From an uncultured Nitrososphaerota archaeon (GTDB taxonomy: Archaea; Thermoproteota; Nitrososphaeria; Conexivisphaerales; DTJL01): 64,000 bases of DNA. The notes beneath the pieces are model-generated. The model had not been told where the DNA came from. It was given only the letters and a program-made list of their open reading frames with translations, and did no database searches. The translations under genes and the position numbers were made by a program. Every line of letters begins with the position of its first letter. The first letter of the stretch is position 1. The DNA lies in assembly GCA_963842885.1 (NCBI GenBank), contig CAWJIE010000003.1, positions 128,001 to 192,000 of the forward strand, in the 5' to 3' direction. This document shows, piece by piece, positions 43,961 to 54,247 of this stretch.

Positions 43961-44304
43961 GTCAGATGTAAAAGTCCAGGAGAGCGGAGAAGCTCCCTCT
44001 TGGAGATCATCTTGCCGTTCCTCCCTATCACCCATCCGGCCGAACGGCTCTCCACCATCATCCTGACGTAGAACCGGCCGCGACACGACGGTTGTGCCTG
44101 CCACGCCCTAAGACACAGCCTATTCTAGGCACGTTTAACTACACGGCCGAGGGCGTTCTTATGGGAATTCTGTTCGGCGTAATCGCGGTTCACCGACGTT
44201 CCCACGGATTATGAGCAACATGTCAGAGGCTATTCCAAGTTGCGAAATACCCTTTGTTGGGTCGTGCTAGACCCAATGATGAATCCTGCACCAGGTTCTA
44301 GCCC

Positions 44305-45253
44305 CTGGAGAGTGATGTAGATGGTCTGAAGGAAGACGTCGCGGGGATGCTCAAGATGCTCCTCCCAAGTTTCGGTCTTCGATTCGACCAGGGGCGAATA
44401 CGTGTGCGGCAACTGCGGGTTCGTAATCGAAGAGCGTACGGAAGAGGCTGGCGTCGAATGGAGGGCCTTCACACCAGAAGAGAAGGAGGCAAGAAGCCAC
44501 ACGGGCGCTCCCGCCTCGCTATCGAGGCGCGACAGGGGGCTTTCCACCATCATAGGCACCGGCTCCAGGGATGCGGGAGGTGCGGCACTTTCGTCGTCCA
44601 GCAAGGCCGCGATGTCTCGCCTGCGGACGTGGGATAGGCGCAGTATGTTCAGTAGGTCGACCGACAGGAACCTGAGCATCGCTCTTGACCAGCTTTCGCG
44701 GCAGGCAGAGAAGCTCAGCGTGGGGGCCCATGTCTCCGAGCGGGCGGCCTACATCTACCGTAAGGCGCTCGCAAAGAACCTAGTGAGGGGGAGGTCCATA
44801 TCCTGGATGATGTCCGCCTCGCTGTACGCGGCGTGTCGCGACACCGGCACCTCGAGGACCCTCAAAGACGTCGCCAGCGTGGGCGCAATGGGTAAGAAGG
44901 ACCTGGCCAAGTGCTACCGCCTGCTCGTGAAGGAGCTAGACCTGATGATGCCGGTGGTCGATCCGGCGATGTACGTATCGCGAATAGCGAGCAAGGTCGG
45001 TCTGTCGGAGCGGATTCAAAGGAAGGCCTTCGAGATGCTCTACGTGCTGAAAGAGTCCGACAACTCGGCCGGAAAGGGCCCTACGGGTTTGGCGGCGACG
45101 GCCCTCTACCTAGCCAGTACCATGATCCCAGAGGAGGGGCGTCAGGTCACGCACAGGGAAATCGCCGAGGCTGCTGGCGTCACCGAAGTGACCATAAGGA
45201 ACAGGACCAAAACTCTCAAGAGAGTCATGCTTCTGCCGAAAAGGGGTGAATGA
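44305..45253 (+). CDS. tfb: Transcription initiation factor IIB paralogue (5' end disrupted, probably a G-run indel; start approximate)
   Basis: CSRC...VCGNCG ribbon, EWRAF, LVRGRS and GVTEVTIRNR. Confidence 0.88.
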
Positions 45254-45385
45254 TGACGGGATGCCAGAGGCTCTGGAAGAAATGACCAAGATTGAAATCC
45301 ATTCCAAGGAAGTCATGCTCAGGAACAAGGACAGCGGTTCTAGGCTTATCTGTGATTTGGAACCTGCTGTCTATCCCTCGCGATA

Positions 45386-45721
45386 TCATTGAGCCATCCT
45401 CACTTCGAATTTATGGCCCTTTCTCTTCAGGACGATAGTCTTGCCACTTAGGCTGTCGCCCCGTTCCGCCAATTTGTCGTCGAGAATGGCAATGCTGTTT
45501 GATAGGTCAGCCCATGAAGCATAGAGAGTGTAACGCTTGCCTTGGTAGTCTACTTCGCAAATAGGGGCACGCCTGCGGTATCCGATCTTGACGATGCGTG
45601 GGTCCGTCAGGATCTTGAGCCTGTATTCCTTGCCCTCAACAAGCAGCTTGTTAACCGCTGGAGGGAACGTGGTAAGCTCTCGGCCGTAGGCTTGTTTGTT
45701 AATGGCAGGGATTCTTACCAT
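45386..45721 (-). CDS. Small basic beta-rich hypothetical protein (possible OB-fold)
   Basis: MVRIPAINK...GKEYRLKILTDP...LSGKTIVLKRKGHKFEV. Confidence 0.5.
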   Translation of the reverse strand: MVRIPAINKQAYGRELTTFPPAVNKLLVEGKEYRLKILTDPRIVKIGYRRRAPICEVDYQGKRYTLYASWADLSNSIAILDDKLAERGDSLSGKTIVLKRKGHKFEVRMAQ

Positions 45722-45940
45722 ATGCACTGGACTGCGAACTGCGAACTTATGAGCTTTTGACTTGGATACTCTGGAACTGAGATACTCGAGTACTACGCAC
45801 TGTGATACCAGCATCTAACAAAGGCCCCATTTCGAACGGCCCTTAAGACGGGACGGCGCCCTCGGGGACCGTGAAGGTTTACCTCGACGTCGAGACGTAC
45901 GGCTTTACGGTGGAAGACCAGCTCTAAACGGAGGCATCAC

Positions 45941-45975
45941 TTGCTGCTCGAAAAGAAATGAATATCATCTCGCCC
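45941..45975 (+). repeat. Dispersed repeat, half A copy
   Basis: TTGCTGCTCGAAAAGAAATGAATATCAT versus 48001 GCTGCTGGAAAAGAAATCAATAACAT. Confidence 0.6.
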
Positions 45976-46035
45976 AAGCAACCGGCTGACGGAACACGTT
46001 TAAGACCTACGCCGTCGTGTCCGTAGGTAACAGTA

Positions 46036-46311
46036 ATGTCAACCCCTAACACCGTATTCATCGGAAAGAAACCGGTCATGAACTACGTGCTGGCGTGTCT
46101 TACCCTCTTCCAGAACGGATCCAACGACGTGCACATCAAGGCCAGAGGGAGGTCCATCAGCACGGCTGTCGACACGGCCGAGATAGTGAGGAAGCGCTTT
46201 GCCACCGAAGCCAAGCTCAAGGAGATCAAGATCGACACCGAACAGCTGAAGGACACGGAAACCGGCGCGATGAGCAACGTCAGCAGCATCGATATAACAC
46301 TGGCGATGTAG
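46036..46311 (+). CDS. albA: DNA/RNA-binding protein Alba
   Basis: [27 protein letters not shown] and NVSSIDI. Confidence 0.96.
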   Translation: MSTPNTVFIGKKPVMNYVLACLTLFQNGSNDVHIKARGRSISTAVDTAEIVRKRFATEAKLKEIKIDTEQLKDTETGAMSNVSSIDITLAM

Positions 46312-46458
46312 CCAGAGTCGAGATGAGTCATCTTCTCTCGCATAGCGGAGGCTATGCGGGGAGTACGAATGCAAGCATGAGGCGAGCTCTCCAGCCCGGC
46401 TTGGGTATGAGCTCCGGTTCGCGTCCCGCCTGCGGCGAGCCCCATCTTCGGACTTCAC

Positions 46459-46480
46459 ACGTGGGCTTGGACCTGCGAAG
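46459..46480 (+). repeat. Dispersed repeat, half B copy
   Basis: ACGTGGGCTTGGACCTGCGAAG. Confidence 0.75.
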
Positions 46481-46557
46481 AAGTGCCACATTCCGAATAG
46501 GTGATGACATTCTAACGCTTAAACAGGACGATTACACACAAGAGATGAGGGGAAAAG

Positions 46558-47574
46558 CTGACAGGGAGTCAAGATGACGCGGTTTGGAAGGACATCGAGA
46601 AGTCTGGTGTCGAGCTGGAACTGAGGGTCGCCTCGATGATACGGAAGAACGACTACTGGGGTATCCGCGTTAACCCGTCCTACATCGACCCGGACCAAGG
46701 CAAATCCCGAGCGCTGGACCTGAGCGCCCTTTGGACTCATGCTTACGAAGACGGCGTGGTCCCGTATTCCTTGACTGTCGATTTCAAGTTACTCATCGAA
46801 TGCAAGAAGCTCCCTGGCAACGCTTGGACATTCTTCGTTCCCGGCGAACCGCTTGGAGCGGCTGTGTATAACGTTGCGTCTAGCATTACATTTGGGAATA
46901 GATCCGGAATCGAGTTCGAGCCTTTGCAATCGGCTTTCCGAAGAGCCATCATACCGGAGGCAACAACCGAGCTATACCGGGAGACCGTGCTCGATAAGAA
47001 TCGTTCAAACAAGAGAGATGACAACATATACGAAGCGTCTCTGACCCTCGCCAAGGCCCACAGCTTCTTTGTGGAGGCGAGAACCAAGGAATGTGACGAG
47101 TACAGCGGCAGTTATGTTGCGGACGCGCTAGACGAAAGAGAAGTCACACTCGACGAGTTTCGCTCAGGGAAGGCCGAACTTTTCGACTACGCCTATGTGT
47201 TCGTACCTCTCATAGTGTTCGAAGGTTCCCTCTACATAGCAGACGTCGGTAGCAAAAAACTTACCAAGGCAAACCTGGTGAGACTGAGCGTCGGCAACCA
47301 ATTCAAGAATGCATGGGCGCCAATGCCGATCGACATATGCACGCCCCAATACCTCCCTACCTACATTGCGGCGGTCGAGAACGCTATCAAGATGTTCAGT
47401 GACGACATCCATTCCACAGAATACAGCCGTACCGGTGGTCCACATCTTGAAGAGTATGACCGTACTAAGTCTTGGTTCCAGAACCATTACCTGGACTTCG
47501 CGGAACTCATCCGCTATCAACTTCCAGCCGAGGAGAAAGGAAGGGCCGAGGAAGGCCTTGACAACCTCCGGTAA
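46558..47574 (+). CDS. PD-(D/E)XK nuclease-like hypothetical protein
   Basis: Frame open upstream of 46636 (KSGVELELRVAS); RALDLSA...LLIECKK motif. Confidence 0.6.
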   Translation: MTGSQDDAVWKDIEKSGVELELRVASMIRKNDYWGIRVNPSYIDPDQGKSRALDLSALWTHAYEDGVVPYSLTVDFKLLIECKKLPGNAWTFFVPGEPLGAAVYNVASSITFGNRSGIEFEPLQSAFRRAIIPEATTELYRETVLDKNRSNKRDDNIYEASLTLAKAHSFFVEARTKECDEYSGSYVADALDEREVTLDEFRSGKAELFDYAYVFVPLIVFEGSLYIADVGSKKLTKANLVRLSVGNQFKNAWAPMPIDICTPQYLPTYIAAVENAIKMFSDDIHSTEYSRTGGPHLEEYDRTKSWFQNHYLDFAELIRYQLPAEEKGRAEEGLDNLR

Positions 47575-47610
47575 TGAACGGTTCAAGGATGCTACATGAT
47601 CATGCGGTCG

Positions 47611-47648
47611 TTGCTGGAAAGGGTCACATGTCCTCAAACCGTTCTGGA
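47611..47648 (+). repeat. Dispersed repeat, half A copy
   Basis: TTGCTGGAAAGGGTCACATGTCCTCAAACCGTTCTGGA versus the reverse complement of 61191-61230. Confidence 0.7.
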
Positions 47649-47715
47649 TGGCCGATGCCTTGGAGGTTTTACCGTACGACAGGCTTAAGGGCTTCGTCGC
47701 CAGACTCAACAATGG

Positions 47716-47991
47716 ATGAAGACTTCCGTGAAGCGGGCTATCGTAGCGGTTGCGGTTGTCTGCGTCCTTGCCGCTCTGTTCTTGCCTCTGATACCTGACG
47801 CTGTCATAGAGCCCTGCACTTCCTTATGCGTACCCTCCACTGAAAGGGCCTATGTTTCACTGACATACTTCTTGTTTGGCAAGGGTGGCGTTGTGGTCGG
47901 CACTTCATACGTAGTCTGGTACCCCTACCCTTGGTACATTCACTGGGGCCCGACCTTGCCAGGAACATGCATCCCCACCCTATCTTCTTAG
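47716..47991 (+). CDS. Small membrane-anchored protein
   Basis: Signal/TM followed by AYVSLTYFLFGKGG. Confidence 0.65.
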   Translation: MKTSVKRAIVAVAVVCVLAALFLPLIPDAVIEPCTSLCVPSTERAYVSLTYFLFGKGGVVVGTSYVVWYPYPWYIHWGPTLPGTCIPTLSS

Positions 47992-48000
47992 ACATCTGTC

Positions 48001-48071
48001 GCTGCTGGAAAAGAAATCAATAACATTAGCCGCAGAACTTGGACGTAGGCTTGGACCTGCGAAGAATGGGC
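48001..48071 (+). repeat. Dispersed repeat, A+B copy
   Basis: GCTGCTGGAAAAG...CTTGGACGTAGGCTTGGACCTGCGAAG. Confidence 0.8.
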
Positions 48072-48147
48072 TACTGCCGCATGACGGCTGGGAGATTTGC
48101 TGCTGGACAGAAGCGAGCTGTTATATCGGGCTCACGCCTAAGCCGAG

Positions 48148-48861
48148 TTGGGTAATGAGATGTCGAGCTCAGAGACATCTACGATCGACACGGGAAAGGT
48201 GAGGAAGAGAAGGTCAAGGGTGCCGCTGGTAGGCGCAGCCGCTGTGCTGATTGTACTGGTAGTCTTTGTATTCGCTCCCGTCGTCGCATATTCGCGCACG
48301 GTCGAAGTGCTTGACCGGTCCACCTTCGCCGGGGTCGGCATACAGGGCTCCTCCCCCAACTTCACGAGCGCGCAGGAGACTGCTTACGGGTCACTATCCT
48401 ATAGCCTCCTCGGCTTCGGGGCGGCGCCATCGTTCAGGACATCCTATTCCTTCGGCTACTTCGACCAGGGAACCGGCATGAACGCGACCCTGACTGTCAT
48501 CTACCGAGACCTCCCCACCCCCGACCTTGCCAGCAGCTCCGGGTCTCCCATATTCCAGGTCGAGAGCATCCAGCTGACTGAGAACGATTCTGCCTTTGGA
48601 GGCGTGACGCTGACGATGACCATCAAGAACCTCTCCTCGGAACCTCTTAGCCTATACGCCCAGGTGGACGTTACGAGCTCCCCACTGTTCACTGGCGCGA
48701 CGCTCTCCCCTTCCGCGACGGCGACGTACAGCTTCACCGTCTGGCCGCCATCCCAGCCCCAAGTCGGACAGCATTGCCAAGTCGTCATCCTAGCTTTCTC
48801 TGGGCTGTACACGAGGTACTGGGCTCAAGTGACGGTGGCGGCACAGGAGACCCCGCCCTAG
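48148..48861 (+). CDS. Membrane-anchored surface protein with C-terminal Ig-like domain
   Basis: TM, AYGSLSYSLLGFG, TMTIKNLS...LSPSATATYSF. Confidence 0.7.
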   Translation: MGNEMSSSETSTIDTGKVRKRRSRVPLVGAAAVLIVLVVFVFAPVVAYSRTVEVLDRSTFAGVGIQGSSPNFTSAQETAYGSLSYSLLGFGAAPSFRTSYSFGYFDQGTGMNATLTVIYRDLPTPDLASSSGSPIFQVESIQLTENDSAFGGVTLTMTIKNLSSEPLSLYAQVDVTSSPLFTGATLSPSATATYSFTVWPPSQPQVGQHCQVVILAFSGLYTRYWAQVTVAAQETPP

Positions 48862-48931
48862 ACATATCGAATCTTGTGGCGTCCGGCCCTTTGGGCATCC
48901 ATCCTCTCCCCTATTCAGGGCTACGCATGGG

Positions 48932-51429
48932 CTATCCTGCCGCTGACTTGCGCTGGCGCTGCCTCAGCATGAAGTATCCTCCTATTGCCAGCGCGGCTGC
49001 AGCCGCAACGATGGAGGCCACGGCTCCGAAGTCCGTCGCGTAGCGGGCGGTCTCTATATAGGGCTTGATTACGGCCAGGTTCAGGACTGGCGACGTGCTG
49101 TTCACCGTCCCCGTCCAACCTGCGAACCTCTCGGTCCCAAGGAACCCAGCCAGCTCAGGGGCGCTGTAGGAGAAGGTGCCAGAGGGCTGCGAGGCTTTGT
49201 CCGGCCACCCAGCCATGGAAGCCACCGAAGGGCGTCGTCAGGTTGAGGTAGAACTCGGGGGTGTAGGTGTATGAAAGGTAGTACGGCCTGTCGACTACGA
49301 GCTGGCCTTCCTCAATCTTCGGCATGGCGTCGCTGGGCACGATGGGCCCTGCGAGCGTCCCGTTCACGAACACGGCTCGAAAAGCCTCCCGGTTTCGCCG
49401 ACGATGCGTTGAGCCCTCCGCCCACGGTGCCGTAGAGGAAGCTGTAGGTGCCCATTGCTTCTCCAATCCCGTTGATGGCAACGATAGTCGTCGATCCCTT
49501 TGTGTAGTTGAACATGAACGACACGTCGACGTTGGAGAGCGTCAGCCTGGAGTCATTCATTCCGGGCTGGCTCCAGGACCCGACGGCCAGGGGCACCGTG
49601 GCCCCCTCGTCGAACCAGGCCCCTTCGACCTTGGAGTTGGTAGGAAAGAAGAAGAACTCGCCCGTGACCTGGGGGGGTTGCTCCAGCTGCACCGGAATAG
49701 GGGAGAAGAGCGAGCTCCCGCTGACGTAAACGAAATACTGGGTTCTGAACTCCGGGGTGACGGAATGGCTTTCGCCGATGGCCGGGAACGTAATCGTGTT
49801 GTTCGTGGAGCCGCCAGCCCAACCGAGGAAGATGGTCCTCACCAAGCCGGTCGTGTAATTCGCAGGAAGGGATATGATTGCATCCGAGCCCGAATCGAAC
49901 CAGAGGTCTCCCGTCTGCGAGCTGGAGTTGAAGGGGCCATCGTAGCCCTCGAAGATGACGCTGTACTGCTTAACTCCGTCGAGGGTCAGCGTCACCGGCC
50001 CCTCCAAGTCAATGGAGAAGACCCACCCCTCTCGGCCGGTTGGCGTGAAGGTCCCGTTGGCGGAGAAGCCAGTCAGGGACATCCGGCTGTATGAGTCATT
50101 GCTCCAGACGGCTGGAAGGGTAATGTTCTCCGGACCGCTGGTGTACCATGCGTCCTGAACAAGGCCGGCGGGGTCCGACCTGAAGCTGACGAGGCTCTGG
50201 TTCGCCCACGTCGCGACTTCGGTGATGTTGTGCGTCAAGGAGATCATGAAAGACTGGTTTGAGCCAACATACCCGTCCGGCGAGTCACTCCGCCATGCGA
50301 TGAGCGCAACCCTCGTCCCGGTTCCGGTTGGGATGGCCGTTGGGATTACGCCAACGGTCGCTAGGTCTCCATAATCGTAGAGGCCGGCCCCAACGACAGT
50401 CCCCAGTTCGCTGGAGATTGTGAGGGATATCTTCGTCACTGTCACCTCCAACACGTTGCTGGTCAGGACCTCAGTGGCGTCCTGCGCCTCAACCTCCATC
50501 TGGTGAACGGAAGCCGTTCCGAGCGTCAGGTTGAACTCTGGGCTCGCAGTGGTAGACGAAAGCACTCCGTCGACGTACCAACCGTAAGTGACCTCTCCAA
50601 CGGTTCCGACGGCGTCGGCCGAAAGCGAAATCGGCTCTTTCGTGTAGGATTGGGACTTGTCGCTGGAAAGGGTCATAGTCGGCGAGATGTTCCTGATTAT
50701 CACCGACGAGTCATTTACCGAAACGCTGGGCTCGGATGGCACGCTCGCCGACCGGTAGGCCGTCCAGCTGGATTCGACGGTCCCATTGGAGACGAAATAG
50801 CTCTCTTTGCAGAACAGGTTGAAGGTGGGAACGCCACCGGTGGCGTTGTAGACCTCCTCGAAGACGGTGTAGTCCTCGTGAGTCTCGCCGGTGTACATGT
50901 CGTAGAATGCGGAAGAGATCGAGAAGGAGTCCCCTCCCGTGTTGGCCGTCTTGCTGACGATGACGGAGCCGTTCTCCGTCGTCACCGTGAACGTGACTAC
51001 GCCCTTGGAGATCTCCATCCTGAACCAGTAATAGCCGGGCTGGAGCCCGTTCCAAACGAACGAGTCGTAGATGGTGCTCCCGAGCGAGACGTGAGTCGTG
51101 GAGGTCGTCGCCGCCCATGAGCCGTACTGGGCTATGACCCCCACCTGGTCGTAGCTGGAGTTGGAGTCGTAGACGGACACGAGGAAGGGATAGTAGGTAT
51201 CGGCCACGCTGGGAGCCCCTTGCGGGACGTAGAACTCGGCGTCTATTTCTTGAGCCGTGGCCTGTTGCGTAGTGACTGCACCGAGGAACCACGGAGCCTC
51301 AGGAGTGGACGACTGAACTGTAGATACCCAGGCATGTCCGACAGAGGCTGGGAAGTGGGTTAGGAAAAGGGTCGAACCTGCCATGAGCACGAAAAGCGCA
51401 ATGGCCGTTGCCAGCACCCACTTCTGCAC
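48932..51429 (-). CDS. Large secreted, C-terminally anchored surface protein (peptidase-like N-domain, PKD/Ig and beta-repeats; indels near 49230 and 49375)
   Basis: Signal peptide, Ser/Thr-rich beta domains, TYGWYVDG, W..QY.V repeats, and C-terminal TM plus basic tail in ORF 48932-49225. Confidence 0.75.
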
Positions 51430-51465
51430 AATCGAGAGAGCCGCGAATTACTATTTTAATGATGC

Positions 51466-51517
51466 CTTGGGCGTAGGCTTGGACCTGCGAATGGGCCTTA
51501 TTTCACAGGTACGTTCA
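51466..51517 (+). repeat. Dispersed repeat, full half B with palindrome
   Basis: 49 of 52 nt identical to the reverse complement of 61144-61195. Confidence 0.9.
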
Positions 51518-51770
51518 AAATACCTTTGCGGCTCAACAGGTATCCCGTCACCAAGATTACCCCACCGAGAATCATGGCGTAGGGCCCTGGGCCTGTCTGC
51601 AATACTGGACTCCCACAAGAAACCTGCAGACCCGCGTAACCTGGCCAGCTGCACAGCTGAGCAGCCACCTTCGAGGGGATGGAGTAGATTCCGATCGTCC
51701 AGAGCGAACCTCCCACCAGACCCAGAGAGCCTGCTACCCACATGCATTTCCATTTGAAGACTGCAGCCAC
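51498..51770 (-). CDS. Small membrane protein whose stop codon lies inside the repeat
   Basis: Two hydrophobic segments; ends LNVPVK*. Confidence 0.5.
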   Translation of the reverse strand: MAAVFKWKCMWVAGSLGLVGGSLWTIGIYSIPSKVAAQLCSWPGYAGLQVSCGSPVLQTGPGPYAMILGGVILVTGYLLSRKGILNVPVK

Positions 51771-52664
51771 TCCAGCAACGAAGCTCTGGAAGCAAAGGAC
51801 AGCCAGATAAAAGAGCAGTCGAAAAGATACGAGGGGCGCCTTTCCGCCAAGGATATCGCGCTTGCGGACACAACGAGGGGCTACATCGAAGGACTAATCG
51901 AGAGGGACACGAGAATCAAGGCCCTTCAGGGTGAAAAGGAACAACTCATCGGGCATCTCAAGGATCTGACGAAAGTCAAGGACGATCTCAAAGCCAAGCT
52001 GAAGATGAAGCGCGACCAGCTCATGAAGGAGCCTGAGACTAAGAAGGAGATCGACGACGAAGTCGCCAGGCTAAAGAAGGAATGGGAAGAAAAGGAGAAG
52101 CCCAAGGAGGTCGACCAGGCGGCACTTGATAAGCTGACGGGTGTTCTCGTGGAGCTCAGAGGCCCATCCGAGACGGCACCTACGGTCCCTGCCGGCGACC
52201 TGAAACAGATGGTCAAGCAGATGATAGAAGGAGAGGTGAACCGTCGGATGGACGAGAAGTTCGAAGCCAGAGTGGAGACTGAGAAGAACAAGAGAGTGAA
52301 CGAAATCATCGAGGAGGTAAAGCAGAAGGAATGGGAGAAGTGGTACAATGAGAAGGTGGTACCCCTGGCGAACCAGCTTGACCAGGAGTTCAGGACGAAC
52401 GTGCTCTCCCGTCTGATGGTGCCCTGGCCTCTTACCTGTCTGGCTGGTCATCAAAACACCCACACGTTTTCGGCTGATGAATGGGATGAGCTCGTCAGGA
52501 CCGGGCGCACCAAATTCGCATGCGGTCAATCTGGATGCCTGCAAAGTTTCGTTGGCCCTTTGACCGGAATAGAGGTCAGGTCATCGCGGCTGATACAAAT
52601 CTTGTTTAGTTCGGCAGAATCTCATCCTCCTCAGAGGGACCAAAACTCGGTGGCAATCTTCTAG
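51771..52664 (+). pseudogene. Coiled-coil protein with C-terminal Cys/His cluster, 5'-truncated
   Basis: Coiled-coil frame is open upstream of 52005 (EALEAKDSQIKEQ...) without a start codon; TCLAGH...ACGQSGC. Confidence 0.55.
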
Positions 52665-52835
52665 ATCATCAGGATTCTTCATCCATCAGTCCTTCGATTC
52701 CCTACCCTCAGGGCGGCAATACCGATAGTCCTCCTCATGGTTTGCACTCGGAGGAATCCTAGGGCAGGGCCAGACACCGGTCGCGTTCTTGATTACTCGT
52801 GCTGGCGGGCGAAGGCGACGTCGACTGGACTTGGG

Positions 52836-53816
52836 TCACAAGTGGTCTTCCACGACCCGCGGCCTGTACGGCTCCTCGAGGCGCTTCATCTCGTCCTGGC
52901 TGACGCTGATCTCGGTCGCCTCGGCGAGCTCGCGAATCTGCGAGGCCTTCGTCGCACCGACGATGGGCGACGTGACGCCAGGCTTCTGCAGGAGCCACGC
53001 CAGGGCCAGCTGGGCCGGCTTAACATCCTTCTCCTTCGCGACCTCAATGAGGGCGTCGAGCACTTCGAAGTCCTGGGGCTTGAAGAACCGCTGCTTCAGG
53101 TAGCGGTCGTTCTTGTATCGATTGCCGCGAGGCTTCGCGCCCCTCCTATACTTCCCCGACAGGAACCCTCTGGCCAGCGGGCTCCATGGGATGACGCCCA
53201 CCCCCCTCGAAATGCAGAGCGGGATCATCTCCCTCTCCTCCTCCCTGTAGACCAGGCTGTACTGGGCCTGCATGCTGACGAACTTCTCCAGCCCAAGCCT
53301 TTCGCTAGTGTCCAGCGCCGTGGCGAACTGCCAGGCCCACATGCTCGAGGCACCAATGTAGTGCACGACGTTCTGAGAGTGGACGAGGTCGTCCAACGTC
53401 GACAGGGTCTCCTCGATGGGTGTTTCGTAGTCCCACCGGTGTATCTGGTAGAGGTCTATGTACCTGGTACGAAGGCGCTCGAGCGAACGCTGCACTTGAC
53501 GCCTGATGTGCTTGCGTGAGAGACCGCGGTCGTTGGGGCCGGTGCCCGTGGGGTGGTAGACCTTGGTGGCGATGACAAGGTCGTCTCGCCTCCCCTCCAC
53601 AGCCTTCCCCACGACCTCCTCCGACTTGCCGCTTGAATACATGTTGGCCGTGTCCAGGAAGTTGATCCCCAGGTCTATCGCCGCTTTGATGATCGGCAGG
53701 GACTCCTCGTAGCCGAGGGTCCAAGAGAAGCCCTCCTTCCCTCCCCCGAAGCCCATGCAGCCCAGGCAGATGCGGGACACCTTCAGACCGCTGTTCCCCA
53801 GACGGATGTATTTCAT
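52836..53816 (-). CDS. Aldo/keto reductase
   Basis: LGNSGLKVSRICLGCM, DTANMYS, IDLYQIHRWD and PWSPLARG. Confidence 0.92.
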   Translation of the reverse strand: MKYIRLGNSGLKVSRICLGCMGFGGGKEGFSWTLGYEESLPIIKAAIDLGINFLDTANMYSSGKSEEVVGKAVEGRRDDLVIATKVYHPTGTGPNDRGLSRKHIRRQVQRSLERLRTRYIDLYQIHRWDYETPIEETLSTLDDLVHSQNVVHYIGASSMWAWQFATALDTSERLGLEKFVSMQAQYSLVYREEEREMIPLCISRGVGVIPWSPLARGFLSGKYRRGAKPRGNRYKNDRYLKQRFFKPQDFEVLDALIEVAKEKDVKPAQLALAWLLQKPGVTSPIVGATKASQIRELAEATEISVSQDEMKRLEEPYRPRVVEDHL

Positions 53817-53872
53817 GGATTCGTTCTCGGCGCGGACTGCTAATTAGCTTTGCCCCAGGTGGCTGGAGACGG

Positions 53873-54247
53873 CTAGTCGGCAGGCCCTCGCTTCAGGATA
53901 AGCCACTGGCCCTTTCCTCCGGCCATTAGGACCAGCGCGTACTCCCCCTCAAGTTTCGCGCCATGAAGGGTGAAGCGGATCAGCGTAGGGGTCCTTTCGT
54001 TAAGGGTGTACTCGCCTTTGTCCCAGATCTCGACCTTTCCGGCGCCATAGTGCCCCTCGGGGATGGTGCCTTCGAAGGACCCATAGTCCAGGCTGTGGTC
54101 GTCGACCTGCATGGCGAGGTGCTTGATCCCGGGGGCGTCCGGGACCCCCTTTGGGACGGCCCACGACTTGAGCACGCCGTCCATTTCGAGCCTGAAGTCG
54201 AAGTGATGGTGCGAAGCCCAATGTTCGTGCACGACGAATCCAGGCAT
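53873..54247 (-). CDS. Stand-alone LigD 3'-phosphoesterase domain
   Basis: FVVHEHWASHHHFDFRLE, KSWAVPKG, DHSLDY and YGAG.V.IWD.G.Y. Confidence 0.92.
   Translation of the reverse strand: MPGFVVHEHWASHHHFDFRLEMDGVLKSWAVPKGVPDAPGIKHLAMQVDDHSLDYGSFEGTIPEGHYGAGKVEIWDKGEYTLNERTPTLIRFTLHGAKLEGEYALVLMAGGKGQWLILKRGPAD

Noticed and set aside
46459-51517. The repeat copies as a CRISPR array
   Set aside because: Spacing is hundreds to thousands of bp with whole genes between copies, the copies are degenerate, and there are no cas genes.
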